A stretch of DNA of 57,116 bases, filler included, from Catajapyx aquilonaris (taxonomy: Eukaryota), in NCBI GenBank assembly GCA_000934665.2. It is 2 parts of 2 records of this genome, joined end to end, with 100 filler letters (N's around TTAATTAATTAA, not from the genome) between each part and the next. Parts side by side here need not be neighbours in the genome. Positions count along the whole stretch, not along the records: positions 28,556 to 57,116 come from KZ539249.1; 1 more part is not named here. The stretch is one strand, 5' to 3'. The notes under the pieces are model-generated. The model was given only the letters and a program-made list of their open reading frames with translations. It was not told the origin of the DNA and did not search any database. The translations under genes were made by a program, and so were the position numbers. This document shows, piece after piece, positions 41,598 through 55,544 of this stretch (position 1 is the first letter of the stretch; each line of letters begins with the position of its first letter).

Positions 41598-44500
41598 TTA
41601 CATGAACATGTCGTCTGCCCCTGGTGGAGGAAGGTGATCCGGGTCCGGGCCCCCTCTCCTGCCACCTCGGCCGCCCCTCCCCAAATCAGGGTAGAAGGGG
41701 TCGAAGCGGGCTCCTGGAGGTATGCTGCCTCTGTGAACAACGAAAGGATAATACTCATTATACAGCGAAATCAGTATTTCGTGGATTGCACAATTTGTTA
41801 ATAAATCCTCGTTACACAGATTACAGAATGCACCGAATATGCACTGGGGAAAAGTTGAATGGTCTGAAGCTGGATCCAAAAAGGTTTATACATAAATTTA
41901 TAGCGGATAAGAAATCAACATATGTCAGCCAAGACAGGCATTCTCAAACCCAATAAGTGAATTTGAATGGGCAAATAGAAATGTGACCTGGGGGCCTCAC
42001 CTTGGAAGTATGCTGGTTCCTCCTGGGCCTCCTTCTGGTGGGCCTCCGATCCCCCTGCCTGGAAAGGGCGAGGAGTTTGGATCCATCAGCATCCCTCCTC
42101 CAAGGCCGGAGCCAAGAGGGTCGAGGTCACCTCTGCCCACAGGAGGTACCAGCGGAGATGGCCTGAAATGCAACAATGCAGAGCATCACCATTGTCACCA
42201 ACACAAGGCAAAAATCTGCTTCTACAAGGGCGAATCGAAAAGTAATTCGCAACGCTTTTTATTTCCTGAGCTTCACAACTGAAACTTAGATATAAAGGGG
42301 GGAGTGGCCGCCTCCTGGTTAAGACCATCATTTGGTACCAATGAAAGAAGCACCTGTGTGGTCAGCACTTCAGCGACATCGACGAAGTGAAAGATGCCGT
42401 CCAACAGCCGCAGTATCAATTATTTTAAAAGCTCATTTTGTGATATGAATGTACACTACAGTTATGAGCATAATGATGGAGGCACATGGGCAGGAGGTCA
42501 AACAAGTTCATTGCAACATGAGTGAAGTCTCTCCTCCAAAATGAAATTGTGCACCAAGATCATGCCATATTGTGAATTAATGTTGGGGAACAGACATCAT
42601 CGGTTTTTCACTTGAAGTTGGAAATTCATGAATAACTTTTCCCATCTCAAGTTCCCCAAGTTTTCCAGGTGGTGGGGTGGAGGTGGGGGGGTTTTAGGTT
42701 GACGGGAAAAACCCACCAAATCTGTCATGCTTCTGGTCATACTATACTTTGAAAATGAAATGTTGCAACACATGACCTTCCATGGCAAGAATCACGTCTC
42801 CCCAGTTTCAAGATAATGGCAGGAGTGTTCACCCATTGTCCAGTCTCCATGCCAGAATTCTTGTAGATGATCTGTTTCGAAAACATAACTCAAGATGGGG
42901 AAAAATTCTCGGATGCGGAGGGAAAAGAGCAGGAGTCAAAAAAATAATCTTTTTACTTATGCGCTTTTTCCCCTGAGTCCGAGAATTCACTGCCATAAAT
43001 AATCCACCTCATTGATAAGACTTGGATTCAGGGGAAAATGAGCAATAGGAAAAAAATTATTTTTTTGACTTACACTTTCCCCGCTCATCCGAGAATTATG
43101 CTTACTGTCCTACTACTTGCACACTACTGACAAGTCTAAATGACTACTCGTAGTACCTGCTTGGTGGTCATTGTTTGCGATATTCTGTTTTGTTATCACA
43201 ATCCAATTTGCTATTGACACCTAGAAATTCGGAGGTGGCGCCATTGGCGGCCACATTCTTAAGTTTTTGAGTACTAGAGCCCCACAAGGCCGCTCTCTGG
43301 CCATATACCAGCATGTAGTTCAAGCCGCGAAACGCCCAACCAGGCAACAATTCATATTAGACTTTTGCCGAGCATCGTTTCCTCATTGCCTGCCATGGCC
43401 AACAGCCATTCTAGTACTCGAGAACTTACAACGCTGGCTGCTAGGATACCTCCCCGTTTTCTGGGTGTCAATTGGACATTTAAGGCGGCGTAGTAGCAAA
43501 TACACGGTAGGAGCGTTTGGAAGGGAACTTAAATTTTTTGTCTCAAAACCCGCCGTTAATCTGAAAAATCACAAACTAGATGCCCTGCGCAAAGGTTTGG
43601 CCTTTACAATGGTACCATACTCGATACGACTGCTTTAAAATGGTGGACATACGGGCGGAGAACCGTGCCCGATTTTGTCGTGTCTCCTGCTGCCATGTTA
43701 TTCAAATGGGCTTTTTGGGAACCCTCTTCACTCTCTCACTTCAACTCGACGAACAGGTCATTTCTAGACCGAAAATTGAAAAAAAGACGAACTAGGCCAC
43801 CTGCAGCAGATCATCTGCTTTTTTTTGGTGCAATTTTTGTATCGATTGCACCATTTGTGGTGGGCACCAGTGACTGTACGGCCGCAGTATAGACATGTCG
43901 AATCCCTGTATGCTGCCCATGCGTAAGCGAGTTTGTTTGGGTCGTCGAGAAGGGCTCCGCATTGTTACCGTATTTTTGGTACTGCACCGCCTTAAGTGCA
44001 ATATAACTCCAGGTGCATGGTTTTGTCAGTAGTCATTCTGAGAAGTTACTGGATCAGAGTTCATTTCACGTTGACCTCAGGCCACATGCAAGCAGTAGTT
44101 AGAACAATTCTGAACCTTGGCACTCACCAGTTGGATCCCCCTGAATCTACCCTGGGCACTTGGGGGTACCTGGGAGGCCCCACCCTCAAAGGATCCTGGT
44201 CTGATTCAGCCCCGTCCCCCCTCCTCCTCCTTCCTCTCCGCAGCGCCGCGTCATCCCCGTCCTCTCCTCCGTTCTCCCCGCTGTTGCTAGTGCACACGTT
44301 GCACGCCACCTTCCTGTCCTGTCCGCCTGCTCCCACATCCACCAGTCCAGTCAAGAGCTCTCTGGTCAGCTGCTGGTCAAGGCCAGGAAGGTCCTCGTAG
44401 CAGGTGGCAAAAGACGACAGCTCCAAGTGTACAAAACGGCTAGACACAATCGAGGTTGAGGTTGTGAACTCGTCGCTCCGTCGCTGAAACACACACATAA

Positions 44501-45012
44501 TTAAGGCGGGCTGTAAACCTAATCTTATCTGGGATCGGCAGCTTGTACTGAACTCACCATGAAGTTGAACAGCAGCTGCTCCCCGACGATGATGGCCTTG
44601 AGCAGGTACCCGGTGGAGCCCATGACGTATCGCAGCACATACACTTCTGGATCCGAGCTCCATCCTTCGGGAAGGAGCTCCGTCGGTGTCATCACTTCGC
44701 CTTCTCTGGCCTGCAACGATTATTATTAAGCGGCTCCAGTGATGACCGCTATTGACTGCGATGTATGTTACTTACCGCTTCCCCTCCTCCGATGCACCTG
44801 AACCCCTTTGAGATGAGCTTCCAGTGCGTGAAGAGGACCAGCGCGTCGCACCTCCTCCTGACCTGCTCCCGGCTCAGCTGGTAGAGAAGCTCTAGCCCCA
44901 CGAACATCTGCTGAGGCTGCTGCGGTTGCTGCACCTGCTGTCCACCCGCCGACGACGACGACATCCCTCCGACCCCTGCACCGGCTGCCGTCGAAGGAGA
45001 CGACAGCGACAT
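41598..45012 (-). CDS. PSMF1: Proteasome inhibitor PI31 subunit (346 aa)
   Basis: Exons 45012-44776, 44710-44558, 44483-44128, 42162-42001 and 41730-41598 are phase-consistent. FP-domain motifs DALVLFTHW and ELLPEGW..Y.LRY. Pro-rich tail GRGDLDPLG..GGGMLMDP, PPGARFDPF and PDPDHLPPPGADDMFM. Confidence 0.93.
42902..43097. repeat. Fold-back inverted repeat in PSMF1 intron
   Basis: Arms of about 80 bp: AATTCTCGGATG...GTCAAAAAAATAAT...TTCCCCTGA / TCAGGGGAA...ATTATTTTTTTGAC...CATCCGAGAATT. Confidence 0.65.
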
Positions 45013-46009
45013 TTGCTTCACCACAGGAAACAAGCAGAGACCAGATTTTGTCCCGCCGGCCCCGAACAAAAATAGACCGGTTCTGTCTCGAGAAAAAAAG
45101 AATCTTTTTCAATTGCAAAATACAACCATGCGAAAAAAAAAGAAGGAAAGAAAAAGGTGTGTGTGTCTCTCACACTCCTTCGATTTTTGCTTAGTCCGCT
45201 TCGGCCATTGACGTTGCATGGAGGATCGTCCGATAGGCCATTTTGCTGCAGGCAACGCCAGTGACTAGATCACACCAGGGTTGCCAAATGATCGGCAAGT
45301 TACATTTTTCCGATTGGTTTAATGTGTCATACCGTATTTACGATGATTATGTTTAACTGATTGCATTAAATCGGCAACAAAAAGAATGAATGGAAGCCAT
45401 ATTGGTACAGTCACATTTTATAGCTATTGAGTTATTAGCTACATGTGGTATTAGGTTGCTGACATGTTACAGTACTGTATTCGCAAAAAAGTCTTATTTT
45501 TGCTGCTGCGGCCTTCTTGTAAATCGATAGCACTTGAATGTCACCTGGCGTTTACTCAATAGTCATAGTGTAACAGGGTAGTCGCAAGGGGATTAAAATA
45601 AAAGGCGGCGGGGTTATTGTTCCACTATAGGTTTTGCACATTTATTTCCAGATAATATATCACATGCACGCCTGTAATACCCACTGCTGTTTCCTCCCCG
45701 CAAAAAATAGAAAAAATTAAAACAGTTTCAGGAACAAAATATATACTTCCCTCTCTCACCTCTCTGCACAGCCAATAATGTTTACAACAATAACAAGAAT
45801 AATTTTTTTTTTTTCAAAATAAATTCTTACTTCTGATATACTCTTTGAAATTATTTTTTTCAATCACTCCATAGACTGGACTTTTCCAAGGTACTTTCCG
45901 AGTGAATAATTATGACTTCCTTTTTCCCGATTCTCACTCACAATCACACAAGTTGGGTGCTGCTTATACTTCCTTCCCCTCCTCAGTAATTTTTTTTAAA
46001 TATGTTTTG

Positions 46010-46768
46010 TTACTGGCTGGACTTGTTCTCCTGCTTGACCACCTTCATATCCTCCAGCATCTTCTGCATCCCGTCCGGCATGCGGCCCTCGTCCAGTTCA
46101 TGGCACCAGTGACGGTACTGAAGCGGTAAGGCAACATGGCATCATTCGGCAGAAAAGGTTGAGTACTAATGCTATATGAGTAGTAGTTCTGGGAAGTCTG
46201 GGTAGTCAATAGTCAACATCCCATCAGCCAAATTGTACTGCTTGCCTACCTTTATTTATTTATTCCGAGATATAAGCGCCGCTTGAATTAAGCACATCTG
46301 AATTATGAATTGGCACTAACCTTGTCCATCTCCTTCCGCAGGGAGAAGACGGCCTTCTCTCTGTCGGCCACCAGCTCCTCCAAGTACTGGTATCGCAGCT
46401 TCTTGCGGGCGCGACATTCCCGAGCGCTCTGCCTGCTGCGCTCTGTTGCAGTCCATTGTTGGCAGCCATTAGATATTAGAAAATGAAAAGAGGACAAATT
46501 CATTAGAATCACTACCACAGAATTTCCAGCAAATGTGAAAACTAACAAATTCTTCTTCGATAGGTCTCATTTCTTTAACAAGCAGCTGATTGGCCCATTA
46601 CTATTTAGACCATTACCTATCGAAGTATGAAGGCATTGCAGCATTGTTGTGTACACAGTACTACTCACCCAGCTTTGTTTTCATATCAACCTTGTCGGCC
46701 TTCCTGCCCGGCTTCCTCCCCCTCCTCGACCCTTCCTTGCTTCTCTGCTCTCCGCCGTATCCGCCCTC
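46010..46768 (-). CDS. CREBL2: bZIP factor CREBL2 / REPTOR-binding partner (first coding exon unresolved)
   Basis: Exons 46768-46669, 46442-46321 and 46117-46010 give RRGRKPGRKADKVDMKTKLERSRQSARECRARKKLRYQYLEELVADREKAVFSLRKEMDKYRHWCHELDEGRMP...*. Confidence 0.93.
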
Positions 46769-49414
46769 CTAGTTTTCACATTGGAAAAAAGATGGGCAAA
46801 TTAGATTATCAGATCATGTAATGCTAAGAGTGGACAAAAAAAAATGCCTCAAATTAACACAGATTTTTTCAATTTTCATAATAATAAATAATAAATAATG
46901 GGATACACCGAATGGTATATGACAGCCGATATTACAGTCTATGAAAAAATCCACAGTCGACGAGACCTGAAGAAAGTTATGGCTTGTTCTCTCCAGCAAT
47001 CGCAGTTGTAAGAGAAGCAACAATCACAACCAGTGAAATATATGCAGTACAGTTGATTGTTCCTGGCGTACATGATCTCAGTTGATGAGCAAGCCATAAC
47101 TTATCCTACTCTTCTCATTTTGGACCGTGAATTTGGGCAGTTTACCCACATGCATATTAATATCATTTTATTGATTTTATTTTAATTTATATCCAAGTGG
47201 AGTTTGAGGGGGGGCACCACAAGCATTAATCAGTCAATTGAACCCTTTTTTGATTATTACCAAGAGCGTTATTACACTGTCCATAAATCGATATGAATTA
47301 TATAATTAAACATTTTCTGAGGCTCAATGAAGCGAATATACTTGTATGTCATGGGCAGGTTACTGAGTAATATTACAACAGAAATATTGGGCAACCTTCG
47401 TGTCAATTGATACATTCACATACGATTTTTTTTTATATGGTTAAATCTGCAAATGACTGGTGCACTTTGGACTTTGCATTGCAGGGTACACGCGCACCGT
47501 ACTTGTCACGTGATCTGAATGGCATGACATGTGCCGCACGTGCAATGAACTCATCCCATCCCCCCCCCCCCCCCCCCCCCNGTGATCTGAATGGCATGAC
47601 ATGTGCCGCACGTGCAATGAACTCATCCCATCCCCCCCCCCCTTCCTCCGGTTGTTACGCAAATTGCGCAAGTGCAAGTAATTGGCGCACGCGGAAGTGT
47701 CAGGTTGCCTAGGCAATCGCAAACTCCTCGACTAATTACCGCTAAATGAAAGAGCAATATGTTGCATAATTATGTTCAATTACACTCTGAATAATTGGCC
47801 AACTCAAATCAGTTGATCGCGGTTAATTAATAAATTCCCGGATTCTTCATACACTTGTGATGAACCCCTAACCAGCGGTTTAAAGCTCTGGTAAGTTGTT
47901 ATTACCGCCGGTTGCATCATCAGCAGTGGTGCCAAACGATGCATTTAGAGTCAGCGGCCTTCAGCATCAGCTGATGCCGTATATACAGCAGGGTGATGGT
48001 GTGCACGTGCACAATCCAACAATGGCATGTTGTAGAAATAATTGTTCGCTCCAGCAATATACGTCGAAGTGGTGGTGATGCTTCCGACCAACTCTTTGGA
48101 CTGGTTTGCCAGAGCAAACAATTAATGTGCAGTGCACCACCAAAAACAGCAATTGCTCGTCATAAACCACGACCTTTATATCCGGTTTGTGTGTGATGTT
48201 TTATAAAAAGGGGGGGTTCATGGCATATTTATTGCGCTGCGGAGGGAAAGTGAATTTGAGTCGCAGGCGGATCCAGTCAATACGCAATTTCAATATTGAC
48301 AAAGACGTCAATTCGCGAGGCTAGTTTATATAGGTCCGGTTTTAACGATGAGGATCGTTTTTTTTNNNNNNNNNNNNNNNNNNNNNNNNNNNNNNNNNNN
48401 NNNNNNNNNNNNNNNNNNNNNNNNNNNNNNNNNNNNNNNNNNNNNNNNNNNATAATTTATTCCTATAATATGTACCGGTATTTTGCACTACGTATATAAT
48501 CGCATGCACATTTGGCACTATATTTTTTTAAATTTACACAATCGGGGCTCGAGTGTCCTATGTCTTCACATTCCGACGGGTGCGATCGAGTAAAACCACA
48601 CCCCAAATAAAATCGCAGTGGTTTTTGCGTCTATTCTTGGAAAACCGGTTTTATGAGCCTAAAATATGTACGACCGGTTAGTTGAACCCCGATTTGAAGA
48701 AACAACGGAAAAAACAAAAGTGCGGGTCGAGTACTTTTTTCGAAAAAAAATCTTTCCAAACGAAGGAGCGGCTAATAATGGTAATTGTGGATATGAACGC
48801 CAATTGCGAGCAAAAATTTTTGTCCGATGAACCTGACGCGCAATTGTAATGTTGTTTCCCTTTGATTCGCGATAGTATGGTAATAATTCCGGCGCAATAA
48901 TCAGACAGGGTCGCAAAAGCGACGAGTGACTGCGTAGTTATAACGTACAGATAAATTGCGCGAGGGCAAACCCAGCAACCGCCGGTGTGTTACATCACCG
49001 CCGAAAACAAAAATTGGTTGCCAGCAAAGTGACCCATCATGATTTTCGCTTTTGTCCATTATCCTGACCCAGTTTCTTCTTCTACTCTTCATCACTGCAG
49101 GATCAGTGACCCTNCCCCCCCCCCCCCCCTTCCAACGGGTCGATTATTATACTGTACCCTCTTTTTTTATATATATATTTTTGGATATAGTGCTAAAACT
49201 GGTTTGACCAGAATATATATTTTTTGTGTGCGAATGACTGTGTATTATTGTAATGGGAAATACGAACCGGTGGAGCAGACACCCAACAGACGCACTCACT
49301 CCCTCACACACGGACACACACACACAAGGACAGCAGAGGCACTCTCTGGCAGACACACCCCACCCTCCCACCCTTTGAGCTCCGCCTCCCCAACCTCGAC
49401 AAGTACGCTCTCTC

Positions 49415-49452
49415 ACTACAACTGCGCACTAAACACTCGCAGTATTTAAACG
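49415..49452 (-). promoter_or_regulatory. Possible core promoter of CREBL2/REPTOR-BP
   Basis: Minus-strand TTTAAATA followed within about 25 nt by Inr-like GCAGTT and GA/GT-rich leader sequence. Confidence 0.3.
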
Positions 49453-52400
49453 CGTACTTTATGCGTCCCAATAATTATATCGCGGTTTCGGACGCGTAAT
49501 CGACAAACCAAGCTCATCCAAGAGAGCTTTCCTACGTCTTAAATCATTCGTATCAATCATATAGACAGTATGACCAAATAAATCGAGTACAGAGTCTAAT
49601 TACTTTAAATGTCAAAATTTAAAAACCTGTTGGAAGCCAAAATCTCTGGTCGTGTGTTTGCTGCTTCTGGCTGCTGGGGAAAACAATCTATAGCACTTAC
49701 CCCTACCCGCATATTGAGTTTGAACTTATTGGGCAGGGAATATGTCCTGCTATTAGCATTGACCAACATTACAAGGGTTGGTGGTGGTTTAGTTTTGTGG
49801 TATTGAATTCGGTCAGATCTTGTCACACTACAGAAATCTGCTCTCTAAGTTACGAGCCTAATGTGGTCAATAATAATTTGCGTTAGTAATTGACGATGTG
49901 TAAATAATTAAATTTTCACTTTGGACACTTTCAATATTACAGCGAAACACACGTAGTTCTGCTGTGCTGGGACATTCTTACATTTTAATTGCTATGAAAC
50001 ATTTCATGTGCACTATCCAACGAATGTTTTAATCAGAACGTGGAAGAAATTAGCCCCATTTTATTTTTGCTTTCCACCTCTCATAAGGAGGAGATATGAA
50101 GGCATATTTTGTAAATTTGGATTGTTATTCAATGGCTTCGGAGAGTACAATGTCACTAATTCCGTTGAACAAATTATATTCCAGTCCCCAGAGAAGCTGC
50201 CTCACTAGGTAGCCCAGCACAAGCTGATTACAGGCCTGAACAATTGGGGCACCCCTAATTAAACTCGGAATAAGAAAAATTGAAACGAGATGTAAATGGC
50301 TTGAGCATAAAGGGTTACTTAACCCAAATTGGCAACTTCTATGTGGGGGCAGTTCTTGGACAATCGACTTCTTTTTCCTGTGTTATGTATTTGGATGGCT
50401 CTGGCATGGCTTCTGACATTTTCGCAAACATAATGTGATTGCAAGCCATGCTGAAACTTTGGGAAAGTGACATTTCCTCGTGATAATAGCCCGACTTGAA
50501 ACACACAAAACTGTTAGAAATGACATCCACCTTATTTTGTAAATGGTGCTCCAAACATATTTTTATTTGGAGAATTCCCTCACATTAAAAAAAAAAAAAG
50601 ACATGGTAAGCCAAAAATACGTCCATAAATTTCCCTGCACATCTGGAAGTCAGCACCAGGTCAGCAAGTTGCAATGAAGTAAATGGCATCGCGGAATACT
50701 GGTGATTGATGCCATGCCGCTTTATTATAGTAGTAACAACAATCAACAGCGAATGGCATTCCACACAAAAAGGATAAAAATTGCATAGGATTAGAAAAAA
50801 CCTCTGAGGATTGCACTGGCATATAACATATTATCACTGCTTGGCAATTTAAAAATTGACAGTTCCTTGGAATATTGGTGTTGATAAATAAACCTACTTC
50901 ACTGACAGCAAGAGAATGCTATTAACTGTACGCAAGCCCCAATGTCGGAAGCCACTCTTGAGCATAGAGAGAAGATTCACACTGCAAACATGTCACACGT
51001 AAAGGTTTTAGTTAAGCATTCGTCATGAACTTTTTATATATATAAATTCTCACCCAAAACTGCTTCGACAGTTTTCAAAAGTCCTGCAAGTTCATTCCAA
51101 GCAATCAAGTGCCCCAAAAAATATTATCAATCATTATAAAGTACAGAATTCAGTGAGACCATTCGTTATTTGGTGCTGGTTATAAAATATTAAGTGACTT
51201 CTTTTTTTTTTGCAAACCCAACTGGCACGTACAAGAGTTCCACTCACTTTTCGTGTATTAAGAGGGGGAAAGGAAAAGGCAAACAGGTTCAAAAGCCGCA
51301 CATGACACCTAGAAAGAGCCCTTTTTTCCAATGACTTGAAGGCTCTAAGGTGTTCCATGGGAGTGTCTTTCATTCTTAATGGGAGAGGCAGAGACACGAC
51401 AACTGTGCATTCACATGATATACACTTCACTTGTTTCAGGTTCTCAGCACAAGTCACTCTTCAGTGCACCTTGATTGGCTCGTAATTTCACAGGTTGCCG
51501 CAGATAAAGGCAAACACAGTGATTGCTGCTTAGTCAGGTGAAAATTGCATGTTGAAAATGACATCTTTTGCATCGCAATGTGATTTATCTGCTTGAGCAC
51601 ATACCCAATGTGCAAGTGGCCCCTGAGAATATTCAAGCAAACATCCGATTCACTCTCAGTGGCAATGTCAATGATCGGGATTGACACAAGTTCCTCATCA
51701 TGCCGGAAACTGGCAACTATATTAAAGGCATTATTTCAAAAGTCTGGGACGCCACAGAAAGACTAGACAAGGTTGCTTCTGCCAAGTACATCTGTTAATG
51801 TCTTCACATGAAAATGTACTTATGAATAATTACGTAATGTAAAGCTTCATTAAATCCACACAGTTTGAAGTGAGGACTGCACAATATCAAGAGCTTGGAA
51901 TAAAACATGGAAGTAGTTAAAGTTAACAATTGCATATTACAAAACGATGTGAAAAATAAGGTACGGTATTTGCATTTGGAGTTACGCAACATTGCTCACT
52001 CTGAGGTCTTAAATTAATCAACGCAATGTCAAATCTTCCGCATTATTTGAAAGAAACACATGATATCTAGATCCTTCCTTGTTTATTACATTACTGATGC
52101 CAATTACTTATTGTTCATGCCTAGCAATCAATTCAATATGTAGGAATCTATTCTGACACCAGCATGCTTTTCAAGCTACATTTTATTTGAGCAAATCAAC
52201 ATTGAAGTAACAAGGCCTGATTGAACTGACAATAACTTCACCCACATAAAACAGGTGATTAATAATAATATGATAATTCCAACTTTTCTAACATATAAAA
52301 AGGGGTGTTAGAGCTAGAAAACCAGTCGCATTATTTGAGCTGAATTGTTCGCTGGAACATGTGGACGTTACTGCTGCTCAACTGTGAACAACCCACACCC

Positions 52401-53213
52401 TGGTTTTCCAGCTACTACTGCTATGAGCCTGAAATGTACTAAAATTGGCCGAGTATGAGCTGGCCTTTGTAACTTAGTGGCTAGCAAGACCCACTTAAAA
52501 TGGTAGATCTCACTTCTCAGGGTTCCATACAATAATGTTGGCCAGCTAGAATTTTCACAACTATTACGTTGTGCATAGTTAAAACTGCATTATAACTGTT
52601 CACATTATTATTGAAGCAGACTGATATGATTTTAGGACATGTATTGCAGTTAAATGACCACCACAGATGCCCAAAATGTATTTCCTGGTCTGGGTTCGGT
52701 GGTGAAATCAGCAGCTGGCAACAAAAGTACATAAGGCGAGGAGTTGCCTTCACACACTCTCCATACACTTTATTCACGCTCCCTGTCATTGATTCATGCA
52801 GTTGCTGAAAAGCACTAAAGAATGGCTTCGTATGTCTGAATGGCAATTGGGAAACTGCTCTCAGGAGCTTCTGGAAGGTGCAGAGATTAGATTTGGGTAT
52901 GAGGGGGAATAAGCCACAAAGTTACAAATGCCAGAGTGTACAAGAAACTACTCTGCAAACAGTGCTACTTCAAGTAAAAAAGTAGAAACAAATTTTGACT
53001 CCTGCTTTAAGTAAAACATTTAAGAGAAACTCATACGAAGTGAACCACAGGTGCACCTTTAAGAATGACTTGCGCCTCCCCACATGAAAATGTAAACTTT
53101 TCCCACCGAATTGAGTTCAGTCTTAAAAGAAAACCGTGCCTGCCAGTTCGAACACTTTACAGTCAACCTGAACTTCCTATAACGGAACCCAGCGCCACTT
53201 CCCCCATCCCAAG

Positions 53214-55544
53214 CTACGGGCAGTTCATGGTCTCGTAGTTGAGTCCCTGGTCCATGAGTTGGGTTGGATACACCACCCCATCCCCCAAGGTTGTGGAAAG
53301 AGGCAAAAACCACTTCCGTCGGTTATGTCCAAAGACCTCCAGGAAATTGTTGTACTTCCCGAGGCTGAACCCGTTCTTGTCTGGGCCCAACCTGAACACT
53401 GGGGCACGGAAGGCTTCCAGGGTGGTCCGGTTGTGTGCCACCAGGTAGCAGTGATAGGCAAAGAGCGAGACCAGGCTCAGAGCAAACATGGCTGCCACGA
53501 AGAAGAGGAAGAGGACGTGGAAGCGACCTGCACCCGAAAGGTTGACGGTGGGTTGGGAGGAGGTGGGTGAGGGCGAGTGAAGGGAGGAAGATAAGGGCCC
53601 CAGTCCCCCTTGCCAGAAGAGGACAAAGTATGGTAGGGCGGTTGCAAAGACAAACAGGCAGTAGACGAGGGCGTAGGCCAAGAAGAGGATGAAGAACTTG
53701 TAGTTCGTAAACGACACGCAGTTGTTCACCCAGGGACAGTGGTGGTCCATCTTCAGCACGCACGTCTGGCAAGAACAAATTCAGGTCAGTACCCACAGCG
53801 GTGTTGGGCGCGGGACGAGATAAGAATTCGCAGTAGTTACCCCACAGACGCTACAATGGTGGGCCCTGTCTGGCTTGATGTGGTGGCAGCGGTCGCAGAA
53901 TCTTATGGCACCTCCAGCTCCCCTGTTGGACAGGGGCAGGCCCTGGGACAGCTCCTCCAGAAGTCGGTCCTTATCCTGGTCACCCTCTGCAAGCTCCAGG
54001 CGACGCTGGTCCTCCAAGGACAGCTTGAACTGGCGAGGAACCTGCCGTGAAAGAATCCAAAAATTGTACATTTCAAGATCAAGCATGCGGTCAGCATGCA
54101 AAGAGAAGAAATGAAAAGGCCATTGCTGAAAACTACAAAGCCGAGAAACTACTCTCTCCTGCATTTTGTTTAAAAGGTGTCACATTTTTACTTTGCATAC
54201 CGTGGCAATTTGTCCGTATGCAATTAGTGGACATTACAGTGGCGCAATAAAACCGGTCCAGCCCAAAATTAATATCATGCTATCGCTTTTCTTCTTGAAC
54301 GAAAGGGAACTCCCAGGCAGGGATCGAACCTGGGACCTTTCACACAGCCAACCGAGTCGTTGCCAACTCGGCCACCCCTCCTCCTCACTTTACATTGTAT
54401 TCAGATGCACTCGCTGTGATTTAATTGTATGCACATAATCCTCATCAAAATTCTGCTAGCATTTATGTCTGAATCATCAGAATAAGTTACTATGTGTAAT
54501 ATGCATTTGTGAACTTACAATGTTTATTGCCTAATATATTATACAAAATTGTCACTAAAAAGTACCCAAACAGGATGACCTCAGGTCAATGGGTAAGTGC
54601 AATTTCTTGCAGATATTTTCGCCAATTCATGTGCGCCAAACATTGCAAAATCTTACCTTTCTTCCACATTACTGCCAAGCTTTCAAGCAGAATACCTTTG
54701 TATAAAATGTGACATGACCTATTTTTAGCTATTGTTAGATTGACTCCCCACAAAATGGGGCGGGGCCACTTCTGTCATGCTTGAGTTGAGTCAATGTAAT
54801 TGTACAACTATGACATCATGTTTGCGAATATGACCTTGCCATAAATCTACGTCCACAGTAGGTACTAACTAGCAGGGTCCCAAGCCTATTGTTGTCGTAG
54901 ACTAGTAGTCTGTACCAGTGTTTTTAGTCAGGCGGGGAGGGTCCTACTTATCATTTGATCTTCATATTATTCAGACATCACCACATGTTATTTACTCTGT
55001 TGCATGTGTATGAGACTACTGTATATTTTCATCGTCACCTTTGCAGGTGTTTTGCATGTAAGTGAGTCACCCAGACAAGCTTTTAGGAATAAAACTACTG
55101 GGGGAGGTACACTTCAGGGAGAGTAGTTCCAAATTAATTATAACAGCAAGAGCAGTCAGCAATGAGTAAAATGCAATCAAAAATTCCCCAGCACTTTGGT
55201 TTTTTCTCTTATTCAGGGAAGGTTAGTAATTCGACAAACCAAAGAATAGCATGCAATTATTTTCCGTAGTGATTACTGACCTTTCCGATCCTGGTGAATA
55301 TGGTCTGGGCGTAGGACCAGAGGAACAGTCCCAGCAGAATGTGGTAGAGCACGAGGTAAACTACGGCCTGTGCAATGCTGGTTTGCGCCACGGCTGCCAG
55401 ACTGAGCTGCACCACGTAGGCGTAGTAGGACCATCCGACGATTGCCATAATGAACACGACGGGCAACCACTTGAGTGCCTGCAGGCATCTTCCGCACACC
55501 CTGGAGCAAACGGGGCTGCCTCCAGGACCCCCGAGGCGATTCAT
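53214..55544 (-). CDS. DHHC palmitoyltransferase, ZDHHC2/15/20 family (338 aa from ATG 55544; N-terminus may extend)
   Basis: Exons 55544-55281, 54041-53841 and 53765-53214. [60 protein letters not shown], and WFLP...LGDG..YP (PaCCT-like). Confidence 0.95.
54305..54378 (-). mobile_element. Degenerate tRNA-derived SINE head
   Basis: Minus strand GGTGGCCGAGTTGG (A box) ... GGTTCGATCCC (B box). No proper cloverleaf. Confidence 0.55.

Noticed and set aside
47510..47642. Exact ~60-bp tandem duplication ending in poly-C
   Set aside because: The copies are separated by a single N at a homopolymer, which is typical of unmerged overlapping contig ends.
47890..48240. Candidate first coding exon of CREBL2 (MHRLAPLLMMQPA|gtaata)
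   Set aside because: Phase-compatible, but the donor is weak, there is no homology support, and a nearby gap could hide the true exon.
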